Shown here: positions 12,734 through 25,219 of the stretch, piece by piece
Layout: every line of letters starts with the position of its first letter
Position numbering within the stretch: position 1 is the first letter of the stretch
Assembly (NCBI GenBank): GCA_043228905.1
Contig: JBHGNT010000006.1
Coordinates: 15,934,001-15,998,000, forward strand
Direction of reading: 5' to 3'
DNA: 64,000 nt
Origin: Azolla caroliniana
Lineage: Eukaryota; Plantae; Polypodiophyta
The notes under the pieces: generated by a model
What the model saw: the letters and a program-made list of their open reading frames with translations, nothing else
The model's database searches: none
Told to the model about the DNA's origin: nothing
Program-made: the position numbers and the translations under genes

Positions 12734-13577
12734 TCTGCAATTTTGTTTTCCACTGGGGATCCAGCGGCCCCTCAATTTCTAGCTCATGTTGAGCAACCTA
12801 TTCCAGATAATGCCTCACTAAGCACATGTTCATGTACAAGTTTTATAACAGTTTACATACTAGCAAAACAATTGCTCCCTGAATCTTATTTTTTATTGTT
12901 GTCACTACCAAAGTGAGTTTGCTCTCCATCGCAACAGCCAATGTTGCTTTCTCTAAATCAGTCTTTGTTGCCTCTAATGTCTCACCGGCGTCATGGACAT
13001 TTTTCAGCATATAGCTAATTAACGTCTCACCTGTATCATCAACATTGGCTTTCATTGTGTTTCGGTGTGGTGTATACTTGCGGGTTTGTTGGGAGTCAAC
13101 AGTTGCATGATCAACTACCATGCTCCAGAATCTTGCCATTTTTTGTTGCAAGCTCCCCATCTTCTGGCATTGTTCTATCGACACCTCCCCATAAATAGCC
13201 GAAGCTACCCTATACATTTTAGGGTCCATTGATTCCTTCGCTATTTTACAATACTCATATGCAAATGCTCTTGCGAATGCAACGGACAACTCGTTGTTGA
13301 CCGGGATCTCTTGATGTACTTTCTGGTGGAGCCTCATGCAGTCGTCATACAACTCCGGTCGTACATGCTTGAGCTTCACCTTGCCTTTCACTCAAGGCAC
13401 TTTATAGACTGACAACCAGTCTACATCACTAATCAATTTATCTGTTAGAATAGCGGGGTCAATACCCTCTAGCGACAGACCATATATTTTGTTAAAGTTC
13501 TGTTTTGTCTCGCAAAACTTTGCAAAGTTCAGTACTCTAGAATATGGAGGAACGAGCCACTTGAAATAAAAAATCAA
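12734..13577 (-). pseudogene. N-terminal part of the DNA-transposon accessory gene
   Basis: ORFs 13392-13577 and 12843-13391 (..HQEIPVNNELSVAFARAFAYE.., then a helical region). Continues across the Gypsy A insertion into the RING exon. A candidate element end ...gacttcgCCC lies at ~13973. Confidence 0.5.
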
Positions 13578-14119
13578 TACATGTTACCTCTGCTCTACTA
13601 GGACATGTGTATTTAGAACCATAATTGGTAAGGAAGAATCAAAAATAAAAATTCAGCCACAATCACCCAAGTCCTAAATCAAGTTTAGGGGAAGTTTTCA
13701 TACACACAACCATTGAAATAAAAAATGTGAATTGGTGCAAAATTCCAACAATAATACGAAATTTTCAACAATAATTAGAAATCAACCACTTAAAAAATTA
13801 GAACCCTATTTAGAAACCTTAATAAGAAATCAACCGCTAAAGGAAATCAAAAACCCTAATCTGAAATATGTATGAAATCAACCCTAATAAAAAAATTTGG
13901 CAATCAGAAACACACATGCTACTACACCCCAATCTTCGAGACATCCTGGTTTGGGACTCCAACGACTTCGCCCTAGTCGTTTTTTATAAAAGATGAATAG
14001 GAAACAAAGTTACAGTTATCAGTAAGGAAAAAAATAATATTTTTTAATGTGTAACTGATACATACCTGGACGAGGATCGAACTGGTGGACTTGTGTTGTA
14101 GCTCTGAAGGTGCAATGTT

Positions 14120-14279
14120 GATCAGCCCATCGTGCCTTACGACCTTTCAGGTCTTGTTGGTCACAAAAATATTTCAAGGACTCATGGTCCGTAGTTACCA
14201 CAAAACGATTTCCATAAAGATAATGGCACAATGTTTTGAGCACATCTATAACTACAAATAATTCCTTTTCTTGAACCGT
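14120..14279 (-). pseudogene. Gypsy RNase H fragment
   Basis: EKELF..V..LKTLCHYLYGNRFVVTTDHESLKYF...LKGRKARWA. Confidence 0.85.
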
Positions 14280-16034
14280 TGTCGTGAAGAAAATCGGCCA
14301 TAGGCGGATTCAGAGACAAAGGCGTATGAACCGGCTCTTACACGGGTGAACGCGTAACTTGATATTTTGTACCCGATTCATAAACGGATCGGTGGGTGAA
14401 AAACGAGGCGACACGCATTTATCAGGGGATTGTGCGTATCTCTGCCAGACGGAGGGGAGGAAAAGGAATAAAAAGGAACTTGACAAGAGAAGAGGAGATG
14501 AGGGGCACGAGGAAAAGGAGGGAGGTTGCTGCAGAATCGAAGGGAGAGCTCTCTTTGCGACTCGAATCGTCGCTCCCTGCGGGTGTCGGGAGGTCGCTGC
14601 CTCTGCTTCGTGGACAGCTCGTGCGCTTCCAGTAGAGTCGCTCCCCTTCCCCTTTGTTTCCTGGAGTCGGTGACTGTCGTCAGTGTGCGTGAGTAGGGTC
14701 CCCGTGTCGGGCCCGTCGTCGCTTTGTTGGTTGTAACCGTCGGAGTTTGTAATCTCTGTCATTATAATTAAGTGTTGCGTTCTGTTTCTCTCTTTATCGC
14801 TCCTACGTGTTGGAGAATCTCTCTCTCTCTCTGTCTCTCTCTCTCTCTCTCGCTCCTCGGTCCAAGACCCCCGTGGTCCCGCCCCTTTCTACACGTACGC
14901 GCGTAACAATGCGACATATTTGGTGAACCCGACGTGAAAAGGGCGGCAAAGGAGTCGAAAGATGAGGGGATCGGAGCTAGCAGAGGCAATGGCGGTGGCC
15001 GTCGACCGGCCGAAATGATCATGAGGGATATCCCGGTGGACAGGCGGCTGTCCGGATTCCCTCGGGTGGTGACGCCGGGCATCCATGCGGAGGTGCTCGA
15101 GGTTCTGGCCGGATGCCAGATTTGGGAGGAGTTCGAGCTGCCGCTCCTCGAGAAGTACGGGTTTGACGACTCGCTCTGGCTGTCGAGGCGGGACTTCATG
15201 GCGTGGGTGGAAAGCCCCGGAAAAGGGAGGAACACGTCGATGCTCCTCCAGGAGTTCGAAAAACGGTTCGTGCGACTGTCGACGCTGGACTGGACGGTGC
15301 TTGAAACGAGTCGAGTGTTGCTGTTTGTCAAGTCGGTGGATGTGCTCGACAGGGAAAAGGTGGGTCCCCTACTGGAAACGGACGAAGGGCTCACGACGAA
15401 TTGGGCCGTGGTAAAACGGGTCTACAGCCGTTTTGACAAACGGCGTGATTGGAGCGACGGAAGCGCGTCGGGGTCGGGGCCGGTCCCGGGGAGGAGGCTC
15501 GAGGAGCCGGTTTCGATGCCGGCTGGGAGGAAGGAAGAGACCCGAATCTGGCCGGAGTCGGGGTCAGCATCGAATGACGTGGTCAGAGGCCCGTCCAGAG
15601 GAGCGGCTCTGGAGGAATTAACACAGATGGTGCGAGACCTGCAGATCGCACAGGCCCGAAGAGACAGCGGTGAACAACCTCGTGACCGGAGGCCGCCGGC
15701 TGGGCAGCGGTGCATGTGGTGTGATGCGATCAGTCACATTCGGAAGGATTGCGCGGACTTCGCCGACGCACTCAGGACCAACGTGGTGTACCTCTGGAAC
15801 GGGCGGGTGCACGCGAGCGAGACCCGGAGAGCCCTGGAACTGAATACGGGGCGCGGCGGCATGAAGAGGTTTATGGAAGAGGCCGCGGCACGGCACGTCG
15901 AAGCCGTTAACTACTCAGTGTCGGTGGGAATTCGGGTCGGGGGTGATGAGACCCGAAAGGCGAAGGACTCTGGATTCTGGCCGCTAGTGCTAGAAGGCCT
16001 CTCCGGAGTTCGGCTGAGGAGGGAAGAGGCGGAC
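14280..16034 (+). mobile_element. 5' part of a tRNA-Trp-primed Gypsy element (LTR, PBS, gag), truncated by Copia B1
   Basis: LTR 14280-14916 (TGTCG...CGACA). PBS TGGTGAACCCGACGTGAA at 14921-14938. Gag ORF 14934-16034 with zinc knuckle CMWCDAISHIRKDC. Confidence 0.85.
14921..14938 (+). promoter_or_regulatory. Primer binding site complementary to the 3' end of plant cytosolic tRNA-Trp
   Basis: Reverse complement TTCACGTCGGGTTCACCA equals the 3' 18 nt (including CCA) of plant tRNA-Trp(CCA) as recalled. It lies 4 nt after the LTR CA. Confidence 0.8.
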
Positions 16035-19000
16035 TGACAGGAGCTGCACGCTCCCTATACGCAACACTCGGCCACAACCGAGCTTAGAATCATACACAGA
16101 AAACGGGAAATAGATGCATGACACAAAGAAGAGAAGAGTACACAGGATGTTTACGTGGAAAACCCCAAACTAGGGAAAAAACCACGGCAGCCCACAGGCT
16201 GCAAACTATCACTATGTTAGAATGTACAACAGTGAGTTCATGGAGGCAACGACCTCGTGCTCACGATCTTCGCCATAGGCGACGGTTTCAACAGAGGCAA
16301 CGACCTCTTTCTCTCTCTCTCTCTCTGTACACGGTTACACGCTCTCTCTCTCTTCTTGAACCAACAAGAATAACAACCAACTCTAAAAGTTTGCCCTAAG
16401 TCATATTTATACTAATATGACTTTTCGGCTATTTACAAATATAGCCATGATGGACTCTCAGAAACATATTTACGAATCTGTCTCTTCATCCGGTGAACAT
16501 TCCTCACCGGGTCTGCACCAGCCGGTTCTCCGTAGCCTGGTAGTCCTCATCCGGTTCTCACCGGGTCTGCAACATCCGGCTCTCCGTAGCCGGGTACTCC
16601 TCATCCGGCTCTCACCGGGTCTGCAACATCCGGCTCTCCGTAGCCGGGTACTCCTCATCCGGTTCTCACCGGGTCTGCAACATCCGGCTCTCCGTAGCCG
16701 GGTACTCCTCATCCAGTTCTCACCGGGTCTGCACCATCTGGCTCTCCGTAGCCGGGTACTCCCCATCCGGTTCTCACCGGGTCTGCACCATCCGGCTCTC
16801 CGTGGCCGGTTACTCCCCCTTCACTCCGGCATGGGGTGTCTTACTAGTCCGATCCTCTTCCGGCATGCATTCAGCTTGTCAGGTATCAGCACTTTGGTCA
16901 GCATATCTGACCCGTTCTCGGCCGTGTGGATCTTCGTCAATGCGAACTCCTGGTCATCTAGTCTTTCCCGGATCCAGTGATATCTTCGCTGGATATGCTT
17001 CGTCCGGGAATGGTAGGCCGCATTCTTAGCAAGATGGATGGCACTTTGACTATCGCAATAGAGTCGGTATTCATCTTGCCGGATACCGAGCTCTCCGATC
17101 AAGTCCTTCATCTATAATATTTCCTTGCCGGCTTCCACAGCCGCCATGTACTCCGCCTCCGTGGTTGACAATGCAACCGTCTTCTGTAGCCTCGACTGCC
17201 ACGAGACAGCTCCCCCTGCATATGTCATTACACACCCGAATGTAGACCGGCTGGTATCCACATCAGCCGACATGTCCGAATCGGTGAAACCGTCAAGTTG
17301 AGGTTTTCCGGAGCCGAATCGGAGACACGTATTTGAAGTGCCCTTCGAATACTGGAGTATCCATTTGACCGCATTCCAGTGCTCCTTGCCGGGATTGCTC
17401 ATAAACTGGCTCACCACTCCGACTACGTATCCTATATCCGGTCGGGTACACACCATTGCGTACATCAAGCTCCCGACAGCAGAGGCATATGGAATCTTCA
17501 TCATATCCGCCTTCTCTACTTTCGTCTTCGGTCTTTGTTTACCGGATAGCCTGCAGTTTGCCGGAATTGTCGTCCGACCGGTTTCGCATCTGACATGTTG
17601 AACCGGTGAAGCACCTTTGTCACGTACTTCTCCTGTGACAGTCATAATTGCTTCACTGACCGGTTCCGGATAATATGCATCCCCAGCATCTGTCTTGCCG
17701 GACCCAAGTCTTTCATTGAGAAGGTCCGGTTGAGGGCCTTCTTCAGCATCCATATTTTGGTTTGGCCCCGACATGTCGTCCACATACAGAAGGAGTATTA
17801 GGAAGTCGCCTCCTTCGAACTTCTTCACAAACACGCAGTGATCGGCCTTCTTCTTGTGGTACCCTTGATCGGTCATGAAGGAATCGAACTTTCGATACCA
17901 TTGCCGGGGAGCCTGCTTCAGTCCGTACAGGCTCTTCTTCAACCGGCATACCAGGTGCTCCTTCCCCTTCTCCACGAATCCTTCCGGTTGCTGCATGTAG
18001 ATCTCCTCTTCGAGGTCACCGTGAAGGAATGTCGTCTTCACGTCCAGCTGCTCTACCTCGAGGTCCATGCTTGCCGCTATACTCAGTACCGTTCGGATGG
18101 AGGTCATCTTTACTACCGGGGCAAATATCTCGTTGAAGTCCACGCCCTTCTTCTGCTGGAACCCCTTCACCACGATCCTGGCTTTGTATCTTAGGGGGTT
18201 GTCGGCATCTCCCGGTTTCAACGTGTACACCCACTTATTTCGGGGTGCCCTCTTTCCTTTTGGCAACTCCACTAATTCGTACGTATGGTTCTCATGCAGG
18301 GAATCCATCTCATCCTGCATGGCACTTAACCATTTGCGGCTGTGGGTGTCCTCCTTCGCCTCTACGAAGCTTTCTGGCTCCCCCTCATCGGTTAGCAGCA
18401 CATGCTCTGCATCCGGAAATCTCCGGGGGGGCCTTTTCTCTTTGAGAGGATATCTCCGTCTTTGGGCTTCAGTAACCGGGCCCTCCATTTGCTCTTCATC
18501 CGAATCCGATTCGGGGTCTTGGCCGGTTCCGGTTTCAGCTTCCTCTACTTCTTCTTCTGCCGGTTCAGTATCCTCACCGTAACCGGTTGGTTCCTCGACT
18601 GCTAACCGGTCTCTTGCCGGTTGGGTCTGCTCATCATAGAATCAATCCGTATCGATCGACTTGGAGTTCATTATCTTCTTCTCCGACTCCTAGTCGGCGA
18701 GCGTCTTGTCCTCCATGAAGATAATATCTCGACTCCGGAATACCTTCTTGTCGACCGGGTCCCACACTCGGTAACCGAGGAATATGCATGGCCAGGTCTT
18801 TGGATTTAACTTTCCTCTCCGGTCCTTAGCTACATGCACGTACGCGAGACAACCGAATACCTTCAGATGCCGGTAGGACACTTCCTTACCGGTCTAGACT
18901 CTCTGTGGCGTGTCTCCGTCCAAGGGTACTGAGGGTGATTTGTTTATCACATATGTCGCCGTCGACAGTGCCTTAGCCCAGAACTTCTTGGGTAGTTTTG

Positions 19001-21655
19001 CATGCGCCTGCATACTCCGGACCCTCTCCATTACGGTCTGGTTCATCCTCTCGGCCAACCCGTTTAGTTCCGATGTCTTCGGCACGGTAAATTCGAGCCG
19101 GATTCCCTTCGAGCGACAATACTCCTCGAACTGCCCCCGGTATTCACCTCCGTTATTTGCTCGAACCGCCTTCAGCTTCCGGCCGGTTTCTCTTTCCACT
19201 CTCGCGTGGAGATCTTTGAAGACGGATAACACCTTATCCTTCGTCTTCAATGGTGTGGACCACAACTTCCGGCTGTGGTCATCTATGAACGTCACGAAGT
19301 ACTACGATCCTGCATGTGACTTCATGTCCACTTGACACACATCAGTATGCACCAAATCCAGTGGTGTATTGCGTCTCATCAGTGGCCTTGGTCAGAAGGA
19401 GGTCCGGTTTTGCTTACCGGCCAGACAATCAGTGCACTTCTCCAAGTGCACGTTCTTCACTGGAATGAGGTTGTCGTTTGCAAGCCTCTTCATCCCCTTC
19501 TCGCTCATGTGACACAGCCTTTTGTGCCACAGCTCACTGGTAGTGCCGGATGCCACGTTCACTTCCTCCAGACATAACCGGGCATTCATCAGGTACAACG
19601 TGTTTACCTTCTGGGCCCGAGCCACAATCAGGCTCCCTTTGTTGAACTTCATAACACCGTTCCGGATGCTACCTGTGTAGCCTTCATCATCTAGCCGATC
19701 GACTGATATCAGGTTCAGACGAACCTCCGGAACGTGTCTGACATCCTTCAGCAGCATCTTGCATCCGGTTGGTGTTGACAGCCACACGTCTCCTATGCTG
19801 ACAATTCGGCATGTACCTTCATTCCCCATCCGGACACAGTCGTGATCACCGGCTGAGTAGGATGAGAAGCATTTCCGGTCCGGGGTAAGGTGGAACGACG
19901 CTCCGGAGTCGACCACCCAGGTCATCTCGTCACCGGCAAGGTTTATCTCACTCTCCTCGGTGATGAGCATCAACTCTTCTTCACTTGCCGCGATTGCCGT
20001 CGTTCCCCTCCGGTCTTTACCGTTCCGGTCTGGTGTCCGCTTCGAATCGGTACCGTCGGTTTCCTTGTCGTTTCGGAAATGCCGACAGTTCTTCTAGAAG
20101 TGTCCCGGCTTGCTGCAATAGAAGCAAGTAGGCCTCCCCGTTGACTTTGACCATGTCCCCGACTTCTCCCGGTTTTGGGGACTACGGTTCCTTTGTCTTC
20201 CACGTTCCAAATCGGTAAGGAGCGCTTTGGGGTTGGAGCTTGTATCCTTATCTTTCCGACACGCCTCCTCATCTAGCAAGATTGACTTTACTCTTGCTAG
20301 GGATAACCGTTTCCCTTCTGGCCCGGCGTTGCCCAAAGTGACAACCAACGTCTCCCAGCTATCCGGGAGGGAACCGAGCAGGAGTAGCGCTAGTACCTCA
20401 TCGGCAAGAGGTACTTCCAATGATGTTGCCTGGTGGATCAGCCCATGGAAGGCATTCATGTGCTCCGCCATGCTGGAGCAATCTTGGTACCAGAGTCTTA
20501 CTAGCTTCCGGAATACTAAAACCTGATTAACAGCATTTTTGTTTTGAAACATAATGTCGATCTTCTCCCAGAGCTCATGAGCCTTGCTCTCTTCATTGAA
20601 GTTGTTGTATAGGCTCATGTCGATGAAACACCGTATGTAGGCCATTGTCTTCATGTGCATCACCTCCCATATCGTGGCATCGATTTTGTCCGGTCTCTTG
20701 TCCCCCGAACTAAACCGGCAACCAAAAATCTTTAACCACGAGCATGTCCCTCATCTTCGACTTCCACACCGAATAGTTGGAGCAGGTGAGCTTGAACATG
20801 CCTCCCAATGAATCGTCCATATTTTTTGTGTTGCCCGCTCTGATACCAATTTGACAGGAACTACACGCTCCCTATGCGCAACGCTCGGCCACAACCGAGC
20901 TTAGAATCAAACACAGAAAACGGGAATGAATGCACGACACAGTGAAGAGAAAGAATACACAAGATGTTTACGTGGAAAAACCCAAACTAGGGAAAAAACC
21001 ACGGCAGCCCACAGGCTGCAAACTATCACTATGTTACAGTGTACAACAGTAAAGCACCGAGGCAACAACCTTGAGCTTTCTATCTTCGCCACAGGCGGCG
21101 GTTACAACAGAGGCAACAACCTCTTCATTTCTCTCTCTCTATCTGTACACAGTTACGCGCTCTGATCTTACGCAAACAAGAATGACAACAACAACTCATG
21201 ACTAAAGTTTGCCCTAAGTCATATTTATACTAATATGAATTTTTGGCTATTTACAAATATAGCCACGATGGACTCTCAAAAACATATTTACGAATATGTC
21301 TCTTTATTCGGTGAGCACTCCTCACCGGGCCTACATCATCCGGCGCTTGCCGGGTACTCGTCATCCGGTTCTCACCGGGTCTTCCGCTTGCCGGGTACTC
21401 GTCATTCGGTTCTCACTGGGTCTTCCGTTTCCGAGTACTCGTCATCCGGTTCTCACCGGGTCTGCACCATCCGGCTCTCCGCAACCGGGTACTCTTCATC
21501 CGGTTCTCACCAGGTCTGCACCATCTGGCTCTCCGTAGCCGGGTACTCTTGATCCGGTTCTCACCGGGTCTTCACCATCCGGCTCTCCGTAGCCGGGTAC
21601 TCTTCATCCGGTTCTCATCGGGTCTTCACCATCCGGAGGGACCTATTTCCTAACA
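16035..21655 (-). mobile_element. Ty1/Copia element B1 (Tnt1/Tork-like), degenerate, probably recombinant
   Basis: LTRs 16035-~16812 and 20852-21655. iMet PBS TGGTATCAGAGC at 20837-20848. PPT at ~16813-16822. Gag (CFYCSKPGH), PR (VVDSGASFH), IN, RT (YVDDM) and RH ORF fragments. Flanks cggac/tttcc do not match. Confidence 0.93.
16500..16812. repeat. 54-bp CCGG-rich tandem repeat in LTR U3 (about 6 units); variant array at 21320-21635
   Basis: Unit catccggttctcaccgggtctgcaacatccggctctccgtagccgggtactcct. 18-aa periodicity in the overlapping spurious ORFs. Confidence 0.9.
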
Positions 21656-23660
21656 TTTCCCCCTAATGATAGCCCTAGAATCTGACATACATCGGAATAT
21701 ACTAACTCAAGCGGGGACGATTTTAGCGAAACAAACTTTTTATGAGATGTTTGTACATGTTTACCATAAATGCAATGATCACAATGTTCAAAATTAGCAT
21801 AACGAAGACATGGCAAGTAACCCAAACGAGACAATACTTTCATACCACTTTCATTCATGTGTCCCAATTGGACATGCCACAAAGAAGCACTAGGTTGCTT
21901 GGTTTTGGCAACAACATGGTCACTCACACTAGATACATGGAGAGGATACAAAGTATCACTTTTACTACCCTTGGCAATAACTATAGATCCCTTACAAATC
22001 TTCCATTTCCCATAACCAAAGGTTGTGTGAAATCCATCATCATCTAGTTGTCCTATGCTAATCAACCTCTTCTTGAGCTAAGGTACATGTTGTACATGCT
22101 GAAGTGTGAAAGCAGAACCATGTTGAAACTGTAATTGCAAAGTCCCAATACCTGCAATTTCACATGCATAGTTGTCCCCAAGATGGACAACACCATGTTG
22201 ACCCCCTATGTAATCTGAAAACCACTCACGATGAGGGGTGACGTGAAAAGAAGCATTGGAATCAAGTATCCATGTGTGCATGTCACCATCCGTATCTACA
22301 AGTAAAGCATGTTCTCTATGGCATGATGAAACAAAGAGTACATCATTTCCACTATCACTATCATGAGTGACTACATTCACCTCTTCAATTTTAGTATTTC
22401 CTTTCCTTGGTTGAATGTCTCTCTTTTCTTCTAAGAAATCATCTATCTTCTTGCCCTTTCCTTTCTCTTTCTTCCATTTGAAACAATCACGTTTAAAGTG
22501 ACCCTTTTTGCCACATTGATGGCATTCTACATCTTTACCACGTGATTTACTACAGCCATAACTATCAGATTTGCCTCTTTGTTGTGACCTGCCCTCATAT
22601 GCAATGCACTAGAGGACTTATTGGATGCATTATTTTGCCGACTCATCTCTTCCATGAGTAGAGAACTCTCTACATCAACATAAAGAAGCATTGCATTTGA
22701 ATTGCTCATAGCAGTCCTAAAAGTATCCCAACTTTCTAGCAAGGTGCAAAGTAAAAGCGTGGCCTTAAACTCATCATCAATAATGAATTTCAAGGCAACC
22801 AACTGGCTGAAAATGGAATTGAACTCACTCAAGTGAGTTGACATGAGTGTGCCCTCTGTCATGCGTAAATCCATGAGTTTCTTAAGCCAGTAAACTTGGC
22901 TAGTTGCGGTCTTTTGGGCATACAGTTCCTCTAGTCTAGTCCATATAGAATAGGCACAGTCCAAACCTTCAATATTAAACAACAAGGCATCAGAAATCGA
23001 CAACTCAATAATCGAGCATGCAAGCTCGTTCAACTCTTGCCAATCATCTTCGTCCATATCTGTAGGCTTTACCCCTTTGACTTTAATAGGCTTTGCATGC
23101 TACTTCTGCAACATGATGTTGTAGCACTACTTTTCCAAACCGCAAAGTTATGTGCACCCTCAAGGTTCTTGATGTGCATAAGGTGGCTACTATCACTGCT
23201 GCTAGTCATGGTTTCTTAGCCCAAACAGAGGACCAAACCTGCACTACAGAAAATTTGACCTGCTCTGTAGAAAACCCTACACTCTACTTTGTAGAAAACC
23301 CTAAACTTGCTCTATAGAAAACCCTAAACTCTGCTCTGTAGAAAACCTTAAACTCTACTCTACAAAAAAACCCTAAACTCTGCTTTGCAAAAAACCCTAA
23401 ACTCTGCTCTGCAAAAAACCCTAAACTCTACCTGTAGAAAACTCTAAACTCTGCTCTACAGAAAACCCTAAACTCTACTCTGATACCAGTTTGAAGGCAG
23501 CACGAGGATTAGGGTTTAGGTCAAAAAAACAGAGAGGGAGAGAGTCTGAGTGAGAGACAAAGGGAGAGAGAGAGAGAGAGATGCACGTTGTCTTGGGTAC
23601 AAAGAGTGTACCTCTTTTTTGGTTTTTAGATATTATGTATATACAAGTCAAAAGTGTGCC
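21656..23660 (-). mobile_element. 5' half of Copia element C (partial LTR, PBS, gag, PR, start of IN)
   Basis: LTR edge at 23492. PBS tgatacca at 23481-23488. Gag 22527-23210, WILDSNASFH (22078-22380), LWHVQLGH...CDHC...ELVYSDVC (21656-22065). Confidence 0.85.
23262..23480. repeat. ~24-bp tandem repeat with telo-box AAACCCTAA in the Copia C 5' UTR
   Basis: About 9 units of gaaaaccctaaactctgctctgta and variants, adjacent to the PBS. Confidence 0.85.
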
Positions 23661-23679
23661 ACGAGTGCGTTCACACTCG

Positions 23680-25219
23680 TGTACTAATAAAAGGCACGAT
23701 GGCCCTCTATTCCCAACAGGGAACTCGTGTTGTTTTACCCGAGTTCTAAGGCTTGATAATATGAGTTAAACCTAGATGAGCCGTTGGAAAAAATCGCTCA
23801 AAAAACGGCATGATGCCCACTCAATACGAAAAAATAGTCTACACGGAAGCGTTACATCATAGGTAAACGCACATAAATACTTTAAACGTGACAAGGAAGG
23901 GAAAAATGAGAGTTAATTGTCGATGGGTAAATGACAATTACTAGAAAATCATACAAAAGTGAAACGAAAATTTGTGTAATTAGAAATTAATTAGAAAAAT
24001 AATCAATTAGGTGTATGAACATTAAGCATGCCTTAAGGTATGAAACCCTAAGGTAGTCGACATGCACCTCCTCAAGACCACCACATCTCCCTAGAATCGG
24101 CCAAGTGATGGCTCAATAAAGAGTAAAGTAACATAGGTAAGCGACATATACCTCGTCAAGGCCACAACATCCCATAGAATCGGCCAAGTGATGGCTCAAT
24201 AGAGAGTAAAGTGGCATAGGTAGGCGACATACACCTCGTCATGGCCACAACATCCCATAGACTCAGCCAATTGATGGCTCAATAGAGGGAAGAGTGGCAT
24301 ACTACACATCATATGCAAAAGGGCCATGAGGTGAGCATGTGCGATTAGAGCAAACACGCTCGACCCAATGCACAACAATAATTAATATCATAAGAGAAGG
24401 CTCAAGAGAGGGGAGCATAGGAGATACATCACAATATACAAACGGGCCATGAGTTGAGCATGTGTGATTAGTGCAAACGGGCTCGGCCCGATGCACAATA
24501 ATAATTAAAATCATATCGTGGTAGAAAGAAGAAAGAAAAGAAAAGAAAAGAAAACGTAATACAAATTTGATTCGACCAACAAGAACGCATCATAGAAAGA
24601 AGAGAGATCTAGAAAGAAGAATATCGGGTTTAGAGTGTTGTTTTGATCCTGGGAAGAGCATGACGAGCCTTGTTAGATCCCCATCGCTCACATGCAAAAA
24701 ATATCAAAACAACAAAAAAAATTGTTAGTAAAAGCTCTAATACCATTGTTAAGAGTCTATTACTAATCAATAGACCAAAGTAAAGTAAAAGAAGGAAAAT
24801 AGATTGGATAGAAGAACCCGTTCCACCCAACCACCCCCGAGCTATGATCTAGACATAGCCAACCTACCACCGACGTTCCATATAGCTGGATATTAGGATG
24901 ACTAATACCTCGGAAGAGATAAACACGATCGTCGAGACGAAAGCCTAGTCCACACCACCGATGTCTAAGACAGCAGCCTTCCGACGTAATGTCCTTATGA
25001 GGGTACCTAAGCGTCATATTTATACCTTTTCCTAGGCCCCTTGAATAGATGTGCCTTTCTAAAAGGCTCTCCATTCATTGATTGTCCAAATCATGATAAT
25101 GCATGCACCTATCATTCCTTCTATCCAATCATTAGTCCCCTTTTTAACATTAGTGAGCATACCCTTCACTAATGTAAATATTAGTGACCTACCCTCACCA
25201 ACGTTATGTGTACATAACA
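23680..25219 (-). mobile_element. Gypsy family E copy 1: 5' LTR, PBS and 5' UTR with tandem repeats
   Basis: LTR 24747-25219 (TG...CA). PBS TGGTATTAGAGC at 24734-24745. ~83-bp and ~120-bp tandem units at 24050-24520. Reverse-complement homology to 38792-~40140. Confidence 0.8.

Noticed and set aside
13961-13990. Hairpin plus T-run resembling a terminator or Helitron 3' end
   Set aside because: The stem is only 7 bp, the DNA is eukaryotic, and there are no other Helitron features. Kept only as a candidate transposon end.
14060-14118. tRNA/SINE fragment on the minus strand (GTTCGATCC)
   Set aside because: B box only; no A box, tail or TSD can be supported.
16417-16980. 187-aa repeat protein (IRFSPGLQHPALRSRVLL)n
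   Set aside because: It is a by-product of a 54-bp LTR tandem repeat, and the frame is not kept in the sister LTR.
23262-23480. Interstitial telomere
   Set aside because: CCCTAAA occurs once per ~24-bp unit rather than as tandem heptamers.
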